Program-made: the position numbers and the translations under genes
Shown: piece by piece, positions 1 through 12,069 of the stretch
Layout of the letters: each line of letters opens with the position of its first letter
How positions within the stretch are numbered: position 1 is the first letter of the stretch
Notes under the pieces: generated by a model
What the model was told of the DNA's origin: nothing
Database searches by the model: none
The model's input: only the letters and a program-made list of their open reading frames with translations
Origin: Eledone cirrhosa
Taxonomy: Eukaryota
Reading direction: 5' to 3'
DNA length: 64,000 nt
NCBI GenBank assembly: GCA_964016885.1
Contig: OZ024747.1
Coordinates: 87,792,001-87,856,000, forward strand

Positions 1-175
1 TCATCTCATTATCCCTTTCATGTCCAATGCCATAGGCCCCACACTAACCACTTCTCCCAGTCATTCTTCCTGAAAACGTCAACACTCTGGAATTCCATTC
101 CTGCCCATGTTTTTCCTGCAGCCATTAACAAGCAACTTTCCCAGATAAACATTAATAGTGTTGATCTCACTAGTT
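1..175 (+). mobile_element. 3' end remnant of a CR1/L2/Jockey-group LINE ORF2
   Basis: Translates to ...HFSQSFFLKTSTLWNSIPAHVFP..., matching the SFFxRTxxLWNSLP C-terminal motif of these LINEs. Confidence 0.6.
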
Positions 176-489
176 TAAGATGGCAGCCCCCTTCCTTGAA
201 ATGAAACCATAAAAAATGTTAACCACCAAAATGTTCATTGATTATTAATTAGTTTATATCCTGCTTGCTATAGGATACCTTAATTAGCCAATGATATGCA
301 AGTTGGTAAAACAAAATATAGAGTTTCTCATAATTTATGATGATATTCTGAAGCACACTGATAAAATCAGATTGTAAAGATGTGGGAAGACAAGTGAATA
401 AATGAAAAGCAATAAAATATGTTTGGTGTGTCAGAATAACCTTATCAGAAATCTTGGTTGCTATTGTTGTTGTTGAATAACACTTGCAA

Positions 490-805
490 CTGGCACTCAG
501 TTGGACAGCAACTTGGCCTCCACATCTTTGAACCTCACAAATGCCGCTGCAGTACCATCGTGGATTCTTTCAATCTCCACCCACTGTCATCCCGTTACAG
601 TGCTGGCCGTCTCCCACGCCATGTTGCTTCCCTTCCCAGCTTGAGCTAGCAAGGTTAGACTGAGGGAATGGCAAAAGGCCAGACGGCATAACAGTCTTCT
701 TGTTCCATTGGGGTAGACCCCTCATTTGGGATACCACATGCTGTGATACCTCAAGTACATTTAACTACCAGCCCAGGCTCTGCTGCATGCCAAGCTGAAG
801 AGGTC
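490..805 (+). mobile_element. Degraded CRE-clade (restriction-like endonuclease) non-LTR retrotransposon fragment
   Basis: GLHIFEPHKCRC...LHPLS...SAGRLPRH, then (frameshifted) GNGKRPDGITVF...LIWDTTCCDT: zinc knuckle plus RPDG/WD of the RLE domain. Confidence 0.65.
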
Positions 806-839
806 AAACTATCTCTGAGTATAATGGACATGGTTTGCA

Positions 840-1140
840 CAGAACCATGCCCACTTTTCAGACAAAACCAGCAGGCAAAGTCAATGGCCCAACATAGGTT
901 GGAACAACCAGCAACATCATCTTCAGTTTTTCTACCAGAGTTTCCCCTCTTCTGGTAAACTTTTGGATGGCCTTTGACTCCAACCTTTCACAGGTTTTGT
1001 TTCTTCTCCCGCAGGATGACAAAAAAAACCTCCCTCCCCATCAAGCCAGCTTGGTGGGATCATCAGTTTACTCCCTGATGACCTGACCATGCAACAGGTT
1101 GTACTGGGTTACATGTTACCAGTAGCACATGAGAGTGATT
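840..1140 (-). mobile_element. Structured 5'-UTR-like repeat, probably RTE-derived; second copy at 14021-14230 (+)
   Basis: Reverse complement of 1066-1140 (TCACTCTCATGTGCTACTGGTAACATGTAACCCAGTACAACCTG...CAGGTCATCAG) aligns with 14023-14097. Confidence 0.5.
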
Positions 1141-2175
1141 CGACATACATACAACCACATAAACATACTCGCATACACACACACATACATGCAATAACAT
1201 AAACACACATGCAGCAATATAAACAAATATACCCACATATACACATGAACACTTACAAAATATAGAGACTAACTAGAATGAGTAAGGTAGTTTAAAAGCC
1301 AATTCTCTGGTGATAATTATAGTAATTGTCATAATAATTATAACAATATTAATAACAACAATACAAATAATTAAAAATGGTAGACATATTACAATAAATC
1401 TCAATTGTATTCTAAACAAAAACTTTTGATAGGCATTACATTTATCCTTAATTAAATTCATGATAATTGGTTTAAAATGAATAATTATGCTCCTATATCA
1501 AAAACAGTGTGTAACCATCTTTAATTTCTCATCATAGGAATTCTGCTATCTCACATACACACAGATATTCCCACACATACAAAAGCATTCACACATGCTC
1601 ATAAGCATTCACATGTAAATAATGATGCCTTAGGTATGGATTAATTTTTACAAAGGTTCGGCAGTACAAATTACTGGAATACTTCTAGTATTGGTCTGCA
1701 ATCATAAAGCCACATGAACACTAAATGTTATATATCGATCTCTTTTGAGATATATATATATACATCATTTGAAAGAATAGCTAAAATATTGAGTCTAGCA
1801 TTTTCAAATAGGTTTATACAAGCCAGGTAGCTCTTATCACATCTTATTATAAAACAATGTTAATAATACTTAGACTTGGTCATCTGATAGGAATCAAGAT
1901 TTTTTGGCACAAACAGACTGTAGCTAGGAAATAGTATTTAATAACATTTACTATCTCCTCTACTCTGACAACACATTCTTGGCATTCTAGAGACTGTCAG
2001 TCTCATATTTTAGTTCTTTATACAGATTATAACAAACACAGTGGATAAGGAGGTAGAAGAGCTTTATGATAGTATACTCAAAATTATGTATGTACATCCA
2101 GCATTATCATTATCCAATCACAGAAACCAGTAAAAATATTGTGTAATGAAAAATATAGTAAAGAGAATACATACT

Positions 2176-2213
<38 letters not shown>

Positions 2214-2519
2214 AATAAATAGAATTCATTATGGTTGATAAGATTAATAAAGTCTAAAACAATAAAACAATATTTGTTAAGAAAGTAGGGACAATGTAAA
2301 TAAAGAAGACACTAACATATGTTAAAAATTAATATCAGAATATAGGAATGATTAGATAGAAGTGGGATGAGTGATATCTGAAAATGAAAAATACCAGGTG
2401 TTTATTTGATACATAGAAAGAAATATGAAGTGATGATATATATATAATTTTAGGTGTAAAATGGAGATAAGACATCAGAGAGCAAATATTCTATCTAAAT
2501 AGATAAGTTAAGTAAGAAA

Positions 2520-3190
2520 TAGTTCCTGGCAGAGCTGTTCTGCTAGAGAACGGGTTGCAGTGGGGTGGCAGATAGCGATATGGTCACCAGATATGAAGAT
2601 TAGTTGCAATATAAGCAGAAAACTACTGGATCAATAAGCAACCCTGGGCCAACAGTAGTAAACTACTAGGGGAGATGGAGCAATGTGTGACACCTGTAGC
2701 TCCCAAGAAAACTCTTACAACCCAGAGATGTAGCTATGATGAGGCAAGTAAAGGCCACCTCGAAAAAAGCTTAGTCTTCGCAGGTTTAAGAAAATAGCAG
2801 AATGGTGACTGGTGTGAAGAAGACCACCAAAACTGCAACATGTGCTTGCTTCAACATTCGGTAATCAAAAGAAAGGAGGTAGGTGTAAAAGCCAAACTTG
2901 CTATCTTCAATTCGGTATTCATGCCAACCCTTACCTATGGTCATGAATCTTCGGTAATGACTGAAAGAATACGATTGTGAATGCAAGCGGCTGAAATGGG
3001 GTTCCTCATAAGGGTCTTTGGAGTAACATTACTCAATAGAGGGTGTAGCTTGGAGATGAGAGAGTCACTCCAGATAGAACCGCTACTTCTCCTAGTTGGA
3101 GATGGTTGCTTTTGACAGGATCTGCTGGAAGGAGTGTTTGACGACTCCGCCCCAACAACCCTCTCAGGAATAGCGGCTTCTACCAGCAGC
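2520..3190 (+). mobile_element. Internally deleted RTE-clade LINE
   Basis: 2850-3100 reads KEVGVKAKLAIFNSVFMPTLTYGHES...MQAAEMGFL..FGVTLL, an RTE RT C-terminus; ends near an (AGT)n tract; paralogous fragment at 29970-30250. Confidence 0.7.
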
Positions 3191-3770
3191 AGCAGTAGTA
3201 GTAGTAGTAGTAGTAAGAAATGGAGTTAAGATATGTAATTGCCAACTGGAAGATACAAAATTCTCTGATTAAGTAGGGAAAGAGTATTTGCCATGGAGAA
3301 CGTAATGAGGTGTCAATGAATTATCAAAAGACTGAAAATAAAAATGAAAATATGTGTTTGCATTGGATCAAAGGTTCTCAACTTCAGAACTCCAGAGGGG
3401 GGGGGGGGGGGGGCTTTGGGGGGCGCTAGAAGACTCTTTACTTTGGTTAGTTTTATAAGCCATATTTGTATGTCTCTGAGACAGCCAGTGTGAATGCTTT
3501 TGAATGAGCATACAGACATCATAACTATGGTCTGACCACAGGTGTGCAGGCATGTCCAGACATTAACTGGCAATTGAGATCCTAAAAATGGAAAAACCGA
3601 CAGTCAACTGGGTCAAGGGCACTTTGAGCTCAGCCAGTTAGAATCTTGTCTTTCCTTCACTGATAACAATGTATTTCATGTCTGAAATTATTGACTCTAT
3701 GTAGATCTATTTTATTCCCTATTGTATAAATAATATTACAATTAAAAAAAAAGAAAAGAAAAAACACAGA

Positions 3771-4010
3771 AGCGGGTAGCACACACATCTAGGACCACAT
3801 ACAACATATAAGCAGGTAATACACACATCTAGGACCACATACAACACACAGGCAGGTAATACATACATCTAGGACCACATACAACACACAAGCAGGTAAT
3901 ACATACAGCTGAGACCACATGCAATACATAAGCAGGTAATACATACATCTAGGACTACATACAATACACAGGCAGGTAATACATACATCTAGGACCACAT
4001 GCAATACACA
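3771..4010. repeat. Minisatellite, 6 x 40 bp
   Basis: Unit ~RGCAGGTAATACATACATCTAGGACCACATACAACACACA starting at 3771, 3811, 3851, 3891, 3931, 3971. Confidence 0.95.
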
Positions 4011-5071
4011 TTGTATCATGTGCTACGGACGACGCAAGAGCAATGGAGAGCCAACATAAGGGTTTTGTCACTCTTATGAAGAGAGAAAATCCATCTGTAT
4101 TTGTTGTTCATTGTGTCATTCATCGACAACACTTGGCTGTGAAGAAACTCAGTGAGCCACTAAGCAAGTCCTTGCAGATGGCCATTGATGTCATCAATTC
4201 TATCAAACGCCATTCCCTCAATGAACGAATTTTCCGGTAACTGTGCCAAGATAATGACAAAGAATTTGTCAAGTTGTTCCTTCATACTGAAGTGGGTTGC
4301 CTTCAAAGGGCAAGTACCTTACTCACTTCTTTGAACTGTTCGACTCCATCACTGAGTTTCTTCGAGGACGCAACACAGAACTGTACAAGAAAACCCTCAA
4401 TGTGAGGCAAGACTGTGCCTACCTCGCCGACATCTTCGACAAATGCAATAGTATCATTATCGCTTTGCAGGGGAAGAAGATCACCTTGCTTAAAGCAAGG
4501 AGTGCTGTGAAAACATTCCTGGCCAAATTGAATGTCATCGAAAGGAATCTTTGTTGACGGGAATTCTATAATTTTCCTAGTGTCGCCAATGTTCAAAACA
4601 TTGTAAGCGATGACCAACTCCAAATTTATACCGATCACCTCTGTGCGTTTAAGACAACATGAGAGAACGGTTTGTTGACCTTTTGCCAATGGAGATCCCA
4701 ATGTGGATAGCAGATCCCTTCATAGCTACCGTCGACGATTTGGACGTTAAATTTCAGGAGACTTCATTGAACTTCAAACAGATGACATGATCAAAATTAG
4801 ATTTCCCAAAATAGGCGAACCCCTTTTTTGGATGCAAGAGGAAATTCAGTGTCGATTTCCACTCCTACATGCAGAGGCTAAGAGATTTGCTCTGCCTTTT
4901 CCAAGCTCATACTTAGTCGAGAGGAGGTTTGGTGCTGTTTCCAGACTGCAAAGTAAGTCTCGCAACCACTACAATGTAATTACATGTGGAGATCTCTGGC
5001 TACATCTTACGAAAATTCAGCCTCACATCAAAGAGTTAGCTAGACTCCATGAAGCTCAAGGGTTCCATTGA
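4010..5071 (+). pseudogene. hAT transposase pseudogene (ZBED5/SCAND3/FAM200-like C-terminal part)
   Basis: SCATDDARAM...HCVIHRQHL (CxxH motif), LHTEVG(R)W-like motif, AYLADIF, LPFPSSYLVERRFGAV (dimerisation domain); stops and frameshifts. Confidence 0.88.
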
Positions 5072-8000
5072 AATGAGGTCAAAGTTAAAGTAATTTGATT
5101 TATTTGAAAACTTGGATATGCTATTGTTACAAAGCAAACTAACAATTTTTTTATTTGTAGTTGCAGTCTGACTGGACTGGAAACCATCTACTACAATTCA
5201 ATTACTCATTTGTTGTATATATTTTACCATTTACTAATAAATATGTCCTCTTATGTGGTCATGAAAACCCTCTTCCATGGTCTCTAAGCTCACAAAGCGG
5301 AGGGGACATCAAGTTAGATATCAACATTTATTCTGTCCGTTTCATTAAAGGGAAAATTGGAAAGCTTTGAAATGATATAATTGCCACTTTCTTCCAGATA
5401 AGAGCACTCTTTGGATAGACAGAGTTGCCCTTGTATAAAAGTTCAAAATAGCTGGTATCATCTGGTGGGAATATAACAAATTCAACTGGTCCTTATTCAT
5501 AAAAAAGAACATTTATGTTCCTTTTTTTGAAATTTATATATTTCCTTTCAAGGAATGTATTTATACTCTCAGCTGCCTGCAATGGTATCATGGACGATTT
5601 TAAAATAAGGACGATTTTTTTATCACAGAACCCAGGATGGTTTCACACAAGTTGATACCAAAAATATTAATAGACAAAACACTTGATCATACACTGGAAT
5701 CCTATGTATTCTTCAAAATTCAATTCCACATCTTGTACAAGTGTGATCTTGTATAGTTTCAGGTTGCCTAATGCTTTGCAAATGGAATTTAGTAAACAGA
5801 AACTGTGGGGAAGCTCATTGTGTGTGTGTGTGTGTTTTTCAGTGGTGTAGAGAATGATATAAGCATCTGTGAGAAAAGTGATAAACGTGCTTTTCAAAGA
5901 AAGTCCCTGCATGATTTTTGTTCTGCAGTGAACCAATAATTGGTCTATTGAAAATTTATAAGCAATGATGTTATTGTTCAGAGAATGCAATTTGAAATAA
6001 AATAAATGATATAATATGTTCCAATAAACCCTTTTGATACCGTCTAACCCATGCTAGCATGGAAGATGGACATTAAATGATGATGATGACGATACCAAAC
6101 AACCTAAAACTTACCCTGATTTTATGGCACAAAACTGCCAGTTATACTAAAACCTTCTATCATAAATTTATGAAAGACACTTTTTTAAGTAATGTGCCAA
6201 ACCTCAGCTTAATCATGAACAAGTTAGTGTATTTTTCTAAATTACTCAAATTTTTTATTATTTTCATTTGCTGAGATTGACTAAAAATGTTTAATATAAA
6301 ATATAAGAGGTGTAACACACCAGATGAGAGTGCATCAAGTGAATATAGTTGAAAGTGATTTAAAATTAACAAGTACCAAAAAACAGATGTATTAGTAGTA
6401 ACAGCAGCCTAATGATAGGAGACTAGTAATTATAATGTTAGAGAATGCAAGTTTACCTATCACGTGTGTGTTTTGTTTTTATTTTTTTTATACAGAATAA
6501 ATTAGCTGCATAATGATCTGATGTGTGAACAGTATTTTAATGTGGGGTACATTTATGTTTTGCAAATGATTAGAAGCTTATCAATGTGATGATCAACTGC
6601 AGGTCAAAATTGGAAGATATATGAAGATATATTGGTTTAAAACAAAGTTGTTCAATGAAGAAAGAAAGCAGAAATAGCTGCAGCATTCAGCCCTTTGATT
6701 AGCATATATCTAATAAAAACAGTCTATAATTTTTTATTTTTTTTTTTTTAGTTTTGCAAATAATAAACAATCTTTCCGGTTTTTTTTTTATATATATACT
6801 TACCAATATCCAAAAAATTGAGAAGTTTAAATGGAATTGAAAATAACTCAGGAAGGTTCCAGAATTTAATTATTGAATAAAAAGCAACTGAATCATAATT
6901 GTGTAGCAATAACTGAACAGATATGGCATAAGTAGAATGACTCCCATTTTAATAGCTCTCTACCAAATATTAAAATACTCAAGAAAGCACTAGTTTGGAT
7001 GAATATACAGCTATTTTGATTGCTTTCCAAAACAATATTCCAGCTTAGTTGTAGCATACTGTGAAAGTGACTAACTTATCTAATCTGACAATAATCAGAG
7101 TTAGGTGGAAACAGAATGGCAAAGAATTAGAACAGGAAAAGACATAGCAATTTACTGTAGGTGTCTACAGTATTTCACATATCAGTTTATTCTATCGATC
7201 TGGAAAGTGAAATTAATATTATTAGCCATACATAATAGCTGAAGAAAATTGACAAGAGCAAGGCAATAAATAGGTTATAAATTGCAGCAACAGCAAAAAT
7301 AGCCTGCAATTCACCATTTCTGAAGATATGAGAATAAAATGAGATGGCCATAAAAGAGAGCTAAAGTCCTTGATAGAACAGAATAGTTATACAACATAGA
7401 TTTTTAGAATTCTTTTGAAATATTTCTCTCTAAATTTTATCATATTCTAGAATTTTAGAAGTTTATTCATAGTTCAATTAGCTAGCTGTTAACTTGGTTG
7501 TAGCTCTATTTCACAAGCAGCTATGTAATAATGTAATACTTTATATTATTATATATCAAATCAAGAGTAGTGATGGAAGAGACAGTAAGAATCAACTAGA
7601 AGTTATGTCATTCAAATTCATTTAATAAGATAGGTGTATGCATTGTGAAGAGAAATATGTCTTAAAGTTTTGAACAAGACACTTCTTTAGAGAAGGTGAC
7701 AGACAATAAAATATTAGAGAAAAAAAAAAAACACAACCTAACTCCAAAAGGTGAAATATCTGGAGTGAATATAAACATACAATGACCATTATATCATCAT
7801 AGTAACGCAACAATATATGGCGCTAAGTGAGAATGCTTGTGTGCATACATGTGTAGATTTGTCTTTGTGAGTATGTGTTTCTACTTGTGTGATTATTAGC
7901 AAGTGTATTAAAGTTTTTTATTGTCTGTGTAATGTATATAAGTGTGTGTGAGCATTTCAGTCTGGTGCAGGGATGGTGCTTGTGTGTTGGTGTGCAAGTA

Positions 8001-8111
8001 TATCATCATCATTATCGTTTAACGTACATTTTCCACACTAGCATGGGTTAGGCGGGTTGTCTCTAAGTATAAGTCAAAACAGTAAAATTTACTTTATTCT
8101 TTACACAATCC

Positions 8112-8168
8112 TTGTTATACATATTTCCATGATAACTTATGTAATAGTTATGATCTCATCAGATAGTT
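8112..8168 (-). ncRNA. Type I hammerhead ribozyme motif (core intact, stem I degraded)
   Basis: Minus strand: CTAT-CTGATGA-gatcataactattacataagttatcatg-GAAA-tatgta-TA-acaa. Confidence 0.6.
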
Positions 8169-8275
8169 ATTAAATGAACAGCAAGTTACATGAATAAAAA
8201 TGACGAATAAAAATAAAAATTACTCATTCTTATTTTTCTTTATTTTTCTTCATGTAACTTTCTGTTCACTTAATA

Positions 8276-8515
8276 GCTGTTTGATGAGGTCATAACTGTT
8301 ACATAATAGTTTGGATTGGCAGTATCGGTAGAGGGTCGGACGCTATGCTTTCCAGCATAGTTACGTCCCTTTACGATCTGAGTTCAAATCCCACCGAGGT
8401 TGACTTTGCCTTTCATCCTTACGGGGTCGATAAAATAAAGTACCAGTAATGTACTGGGTAATTGCTGGCCTTGTGCCTAAAGTAGAAACAGTTATTATTG
8501 AAATATGTATAACAA
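8276..8515 (+). ncRNA. Disrupted hammerhead motif (C3U change; SINE inserted in stem II)
   Basis: GCTGT-TTGATGA-ggtcataactgttacataatagtt[SINE]..gttattatt-GAAA-tatgta-TA-acaa. Confidence 0.55.
8311..8490 (+). mobile_element. tRNA-derived SINE (Meta/MESC-like core), short subfamily
   Basis: A box TGGCAGTATCGG, B box GAGTTCAAATC, core TTTGCCTTTCATCCTTACGGGGTCGATAAAATAAAGTACC; at least 10 copies in the window. Confidence 0.85.
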
Positions 8516-8669
8516 TTGTATGAATAAATGAGGTAAATTTTAACCTTGACTTATAATTCATTATTATACTTAAACTCTGGAGCATTAAGATCTACATGTA
8601 TACTTTGTTAAGCACTCTATCCTGTGTACACTAGTGTTGGTTGTTTAACTAACACATATTATACCAAGT

Positions 8670-8700
<31 letters not shown>

Positions 8701-9615
8701 AGTAGGATATTCATACATATAAAACAATATATTTTCAAGTTGAAATGCTGCAATGATTAATGAAAAGAAAAGGGCAAAAAGTGTAGAAAAACATTTTTTT
8801 AAATACACACAAGAAAATTGAGATACGAACCTATAAAGTGAGTCATCAATTTCTGTATCCATTGACATGGTTAATTATTTTCTTGGGTGATTTTACTTGT
8901 AGCAGACAATTTATAAATAAATACCAGCAAACCTGTATATGGAAGTAAATAGATGGAAATATTACATGTAGATAACATTATTTCAAGAGTTTTGCTTTCA
9001 AAAACTATCAGTCAGAAACTTGCACAAGTGGAAAGTTAAATTGTAAAATAGTTTGCTTACTCATGTAATACTATCTACTGCTTTAAAACACCAACCTCCA
9101 TGTTTACCTCTAATTTCTGTAGTGTAAAATTCAGTGTTAGTGAAAACACTATGGTAGGTTTAATAACCAGATATGTTTGAAGGCTACACTAAACAATGCT
9201 TATTAGCTATGAATTATTTAGATATTTTTTCCAGTTATTAACTGCATATGATAAAGCATATGAGTACCTACATATATAACACATGCATAGCATACACCCA
9301 CAAAGAGACCACATTCATATATTAACAAGAAAATATATTTACTTTAGTTTACTCGGCTCTTTCTTTCACTCCCTCAACACACACACACATACACACAATT
9401 TGCAATTGCTTAAGATCTTCCAGGTTTACTTACAAAAGTAGCATATATTTATATGTTTTTAGAAGATATTTGTGAGCGTATGTATATTATATACTTATGA
9501 ACATATACTCTGATGGGTGGTATATAAACACACATAAATACACATTATTTTACTTTATTAGTTCCAGTCATTAGATTGTGGCCTTGTTGGAGCAACACCA
9601 TAAGGAAATTTAATC

Positions 9616-9641
9616 AATATATATATATATATATATGTATA

Positions 9642-9694
<53 letters not shown>

Positions 9695-9721
9695 ATATAT
9701 ATATATATATATGTGTATATT

Positions 9722-9762
<41 letters not shown>
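9616..9762. repeat. (TA)n/(TG) microsatellite
   Basis: Read directly; similar tracts near 10258, 38800, 39230 and 55040. Confidence 0.95.
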
Positions 9763-9765
<3 letters not shown>

Positions 9766-9869
9766 CATCATCATCATTTTATGTCCGCTTTTCCCTGCTT
9801 GTATAAGAAACTTGAAGTTATACTCCAAAGCCCCTGTCAAGTGGTAGCAGTGGTACTATGAGAAGACAA

Positions 9870-10045
9870 ACCTGGTACACACTATGATGTGGCTGGCATT
9901 AGGAAGGACATCCAGCCATAGAAACAATGCCAAAATAGAATGTATGAACAAGACAATTATCTGGCCTACCTATCTAACCTTAGAGCATGATAACCTGTCT
10001 AACTTATGCAGGCATGGAAAATAGATGTAAAACATTGATGATTGT
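9870..10045 (+). mobile_element. RTE 3'-tail repeat
   Basis: GGCATTAGGAAGGACATCCAGCC...GCATGGAAA...GATGAT, the same tail as the RTE ending at 43900; other copies near 11790(-), 19420(+), 35298(-), 38340(+). Confidence 0.65.
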
Positions 10046-10256
10046 GATATATATATATATATATGTGTGTGTGTGACATTCTTTACCTAGACACAGTTTT
10101 CTATTTGTCACACCTTTAACGTATGTTTATTACTCTGAGATTTAACTTATCGATTTACCAATACCATCTTATTGAGTGCTCATGCAAGCTTCTGAGAATT
10201 GTTCTTTCAAGAGATGCTAGCTGTAGCTGCAACTTCGATTTTACTCACTATCATTG

Positions 10257-10302
<46 letters not shown>

Positions 10303-10419
10303 ATGTGTGTGTTTGGTAAAGTATGTGGTAGTTAATCACTGACACTATTATATGCAAAATAAAGCACTCAACGAAGTATACAAGTAGGCCTGTTTACTCC
10401 GGAGTATAACTATAATAAT

Positions 10420-10615
10420 TGTTTCTGCTTTTGGCACAAGGCCAGCAATTATCCCAGTGTGTTATTTTATCACTGGTACATTATTTTATCAACCTCGTAA
10501 GCATGAAAGGCAAAATTAACTTCGGCGTGATTTGAACTCAGATCATAAAGGGCCGTAACTCTATGCTGCAAAGCATGGCATCCGACCCTCTACCAATACT
10601 GCCAATCCACCGGCC
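10420..10615 (-). mobile_element. tRNA-derived SINE (same family as 8311)
   Basis: Reverse complement of the 8311 element. Confidence 0.85.
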
Positions 10616-10682
10616 TTATAACTATAATAATGAAGCACAAGTCAACAGATTAGAATTTACTTAATTTATTCATTATACAATC

Positions 10683-10745
10683 ACTGTTATATATATATAT
10701 TTTGATGATAACTGTCATACAAAAGTCATGACCTCATCAGACAGC
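10683..10745 (-). ncRNA. Hammerhead motif with GAAA>AAAA change (probably inactive)
   Basis: Minus strand: GCTGT-CTGATGA-ggtcatgacttttgtatgacagttatcatc-AAAA-tatatatata-TA-ACAGT. Confidence 0.65.
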
Positions 10746-11197
10746 TAATAGTTGAACAGAAAAACAGGAAAAAAAAAATGAAGAAAAAATAAAAATTACT
10801 TTTTTATATTTTATATCTCTGTATGGCTATCAATTATGTGATACATATTAGGCATTGGCATAGTCTAGCTACGGTATTTTTCACACATCCCACCTTTTTA
10901 TTCTTCTTGGGATTTTTATTTGTTTTTTTCTGTCTTTTATTTCTACTTCTGTACCATTTACTCTTACTTTCCACTTGTGATCTATTCCTTGTTTATTTAA
11001 TGGTCATCTATCTTCAAACTTAATTTTATTTTATTTTATTCTATTTTATCATTCCTATATCTCAACACTGCATACTGGCGAGACTGGTTATTATATTAAT
11101 CACTACTGCCACTACTACTACGGTCACTAAAGCCAAGTAACACTCCTATTTAACTAAGGTATTTTTTTATGCAGCCTGGACTGTTGTTGCTGTAGAC

Positions 11198-11343
11198 CAG
11201 TGGTTCCCAAACTGAGTTCCGTGAAAAAAGGTAGAGGAGTATATTTATATTACAACCATATAACAGCATTAGACTTTGGGGTTCCCCCCAAAAGTTTCTG
11301 AACCAAAAAGAGTTCCACATCTGAAAAAGTTTGGGAAACCCTG
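11198..11343. mobile_element. hAT (Charlie-type) MITE
   Basis: TIRs CAGTGGTTCCCAAACT / AGTTTGGGAAACCCTG; 8-bp TSD CTGTAGAC (11190) / CTGCAGAC (11344). Confidence 0.85.
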
Positions 11344-11667
11344 CTGCAGACAAATCCATCTGACACTAACCACTTTCTTAGGTTTACCCCTATTGCTAAA
11401 GTATCTGGGATTGACCTGGTTCCTGAGCAAGTGGACAGCAAACCTCAGACCATAGCACCACTAAGGAATTCACAATGGCTGGATGAGATAGTGGTGAAAC
11501 TATCTCTGACCAATAGCTAGTGGCCTTCTATACTCCTTGTGTTTATTCTAAGTCATATGTCTCCAGTGCTTTGAAAAAGCAACACCAATGATCAGGCCAC
11601 GACATATCAATAAACTGAAACAACAGGAGTAAATTTTATTTCTTCTTGTTTTTCTGTTCAACTATTA

Positions 11668-11726
11668 GCTGTCTGATGAGGTCATAACTGTTGCATAACA
11701 GTTATCATTGAAATATATATAACAGC
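11668..11726 (+). ncRNA. Type I hammerhead ribozyme with intact core
   Basis: Stem I GCTGT/ACAGC; CTGATGA at 11673-11679; stem II includes ATAACTGTT-gcat-AACAGTTAT; GAAA at 11710-11713; minimal palindromic stem III (t-atat-a); UA cleavage site after 11721. Confidence 0.8.
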
Positions 11727-12069
11727 AATTGTATAATGAATAAATGAAGTAAATTCTAACCTGTTGACTAGTGCTTCATTATTCCTCATCATCATTTTCC
11801 AAGCTTGCATGAGTTAGACAAATCATCCATGTTATGAGACAAGGTGCCGTACCTTGCTCGAAAAGAACTGTATTTTGGCAAAGAATTTTACAGCTGGATG
11901 CTCTGCCTAACACCAACCATGTTTACAGTGTGGAACTAGGGGTCCAGTTATGATACAAGTCTGGCTAGATGACTGCACCATACCTTGCACATATAGGGAC
12001 TGTGTGTTGGCTGGGTTTTTATGGCTGCTGGATGCCCTTCCAAACACCAACCACATTATATATATATAC

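Larger units (their letters stand above)
3369..5290 (+). mobile_element. Defective hAT (Charlie/Buster-type) DNA transposon
   Basis: Left end CAAAGGTTCTCAAC resembles a Charlie TIR; transposase remnant at 4010-5071; right end not identified. Confidence 0.6.
8080..8570. mobile_element. Fold-back pair of Penelope-like terminal repeats, each with a hammerhead motif; right arm interrupted by a SINE
   Basis: 8113-8220 is the reverse complement of 8225-8310 plus 8490-8515; centre near 8222. Confidence 0.7.
10625..11785. mobile_element. Penelope-like element remnant bounded by inverted hammerhead-bearing terminal repeats
   Basis: 10625-10800 is the reverse complement of 11628-11785; just before the right arm, ..QCFEKATPMIRPRHINKLKQQE* resembles the end of a Penelope GIY-YIG ORF. 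Confidence 0.65.

Noticed and set aside
3771-4010. CRISPR-like array
   Set aside because: Units are contiguous 40-mers with no unique spacers, the context is eukaryotic, and there are no cas genes
4043-5071. Domesticated ZBED/SCAND-type gene
   Set aside because: Multiple stops and frameshifts, and the N-terminus is missing
8311-8400. tRNA gene (A and B boxes present)
   Set aside because: No cloverleaf or acceptor stem; it is the head of a multi-copy SINE
9576-9847. YIYIYI-rich ORFs (also 10123, 38966, 54875-55243)
   Set aside because: Translations of (TA)n microsatellites
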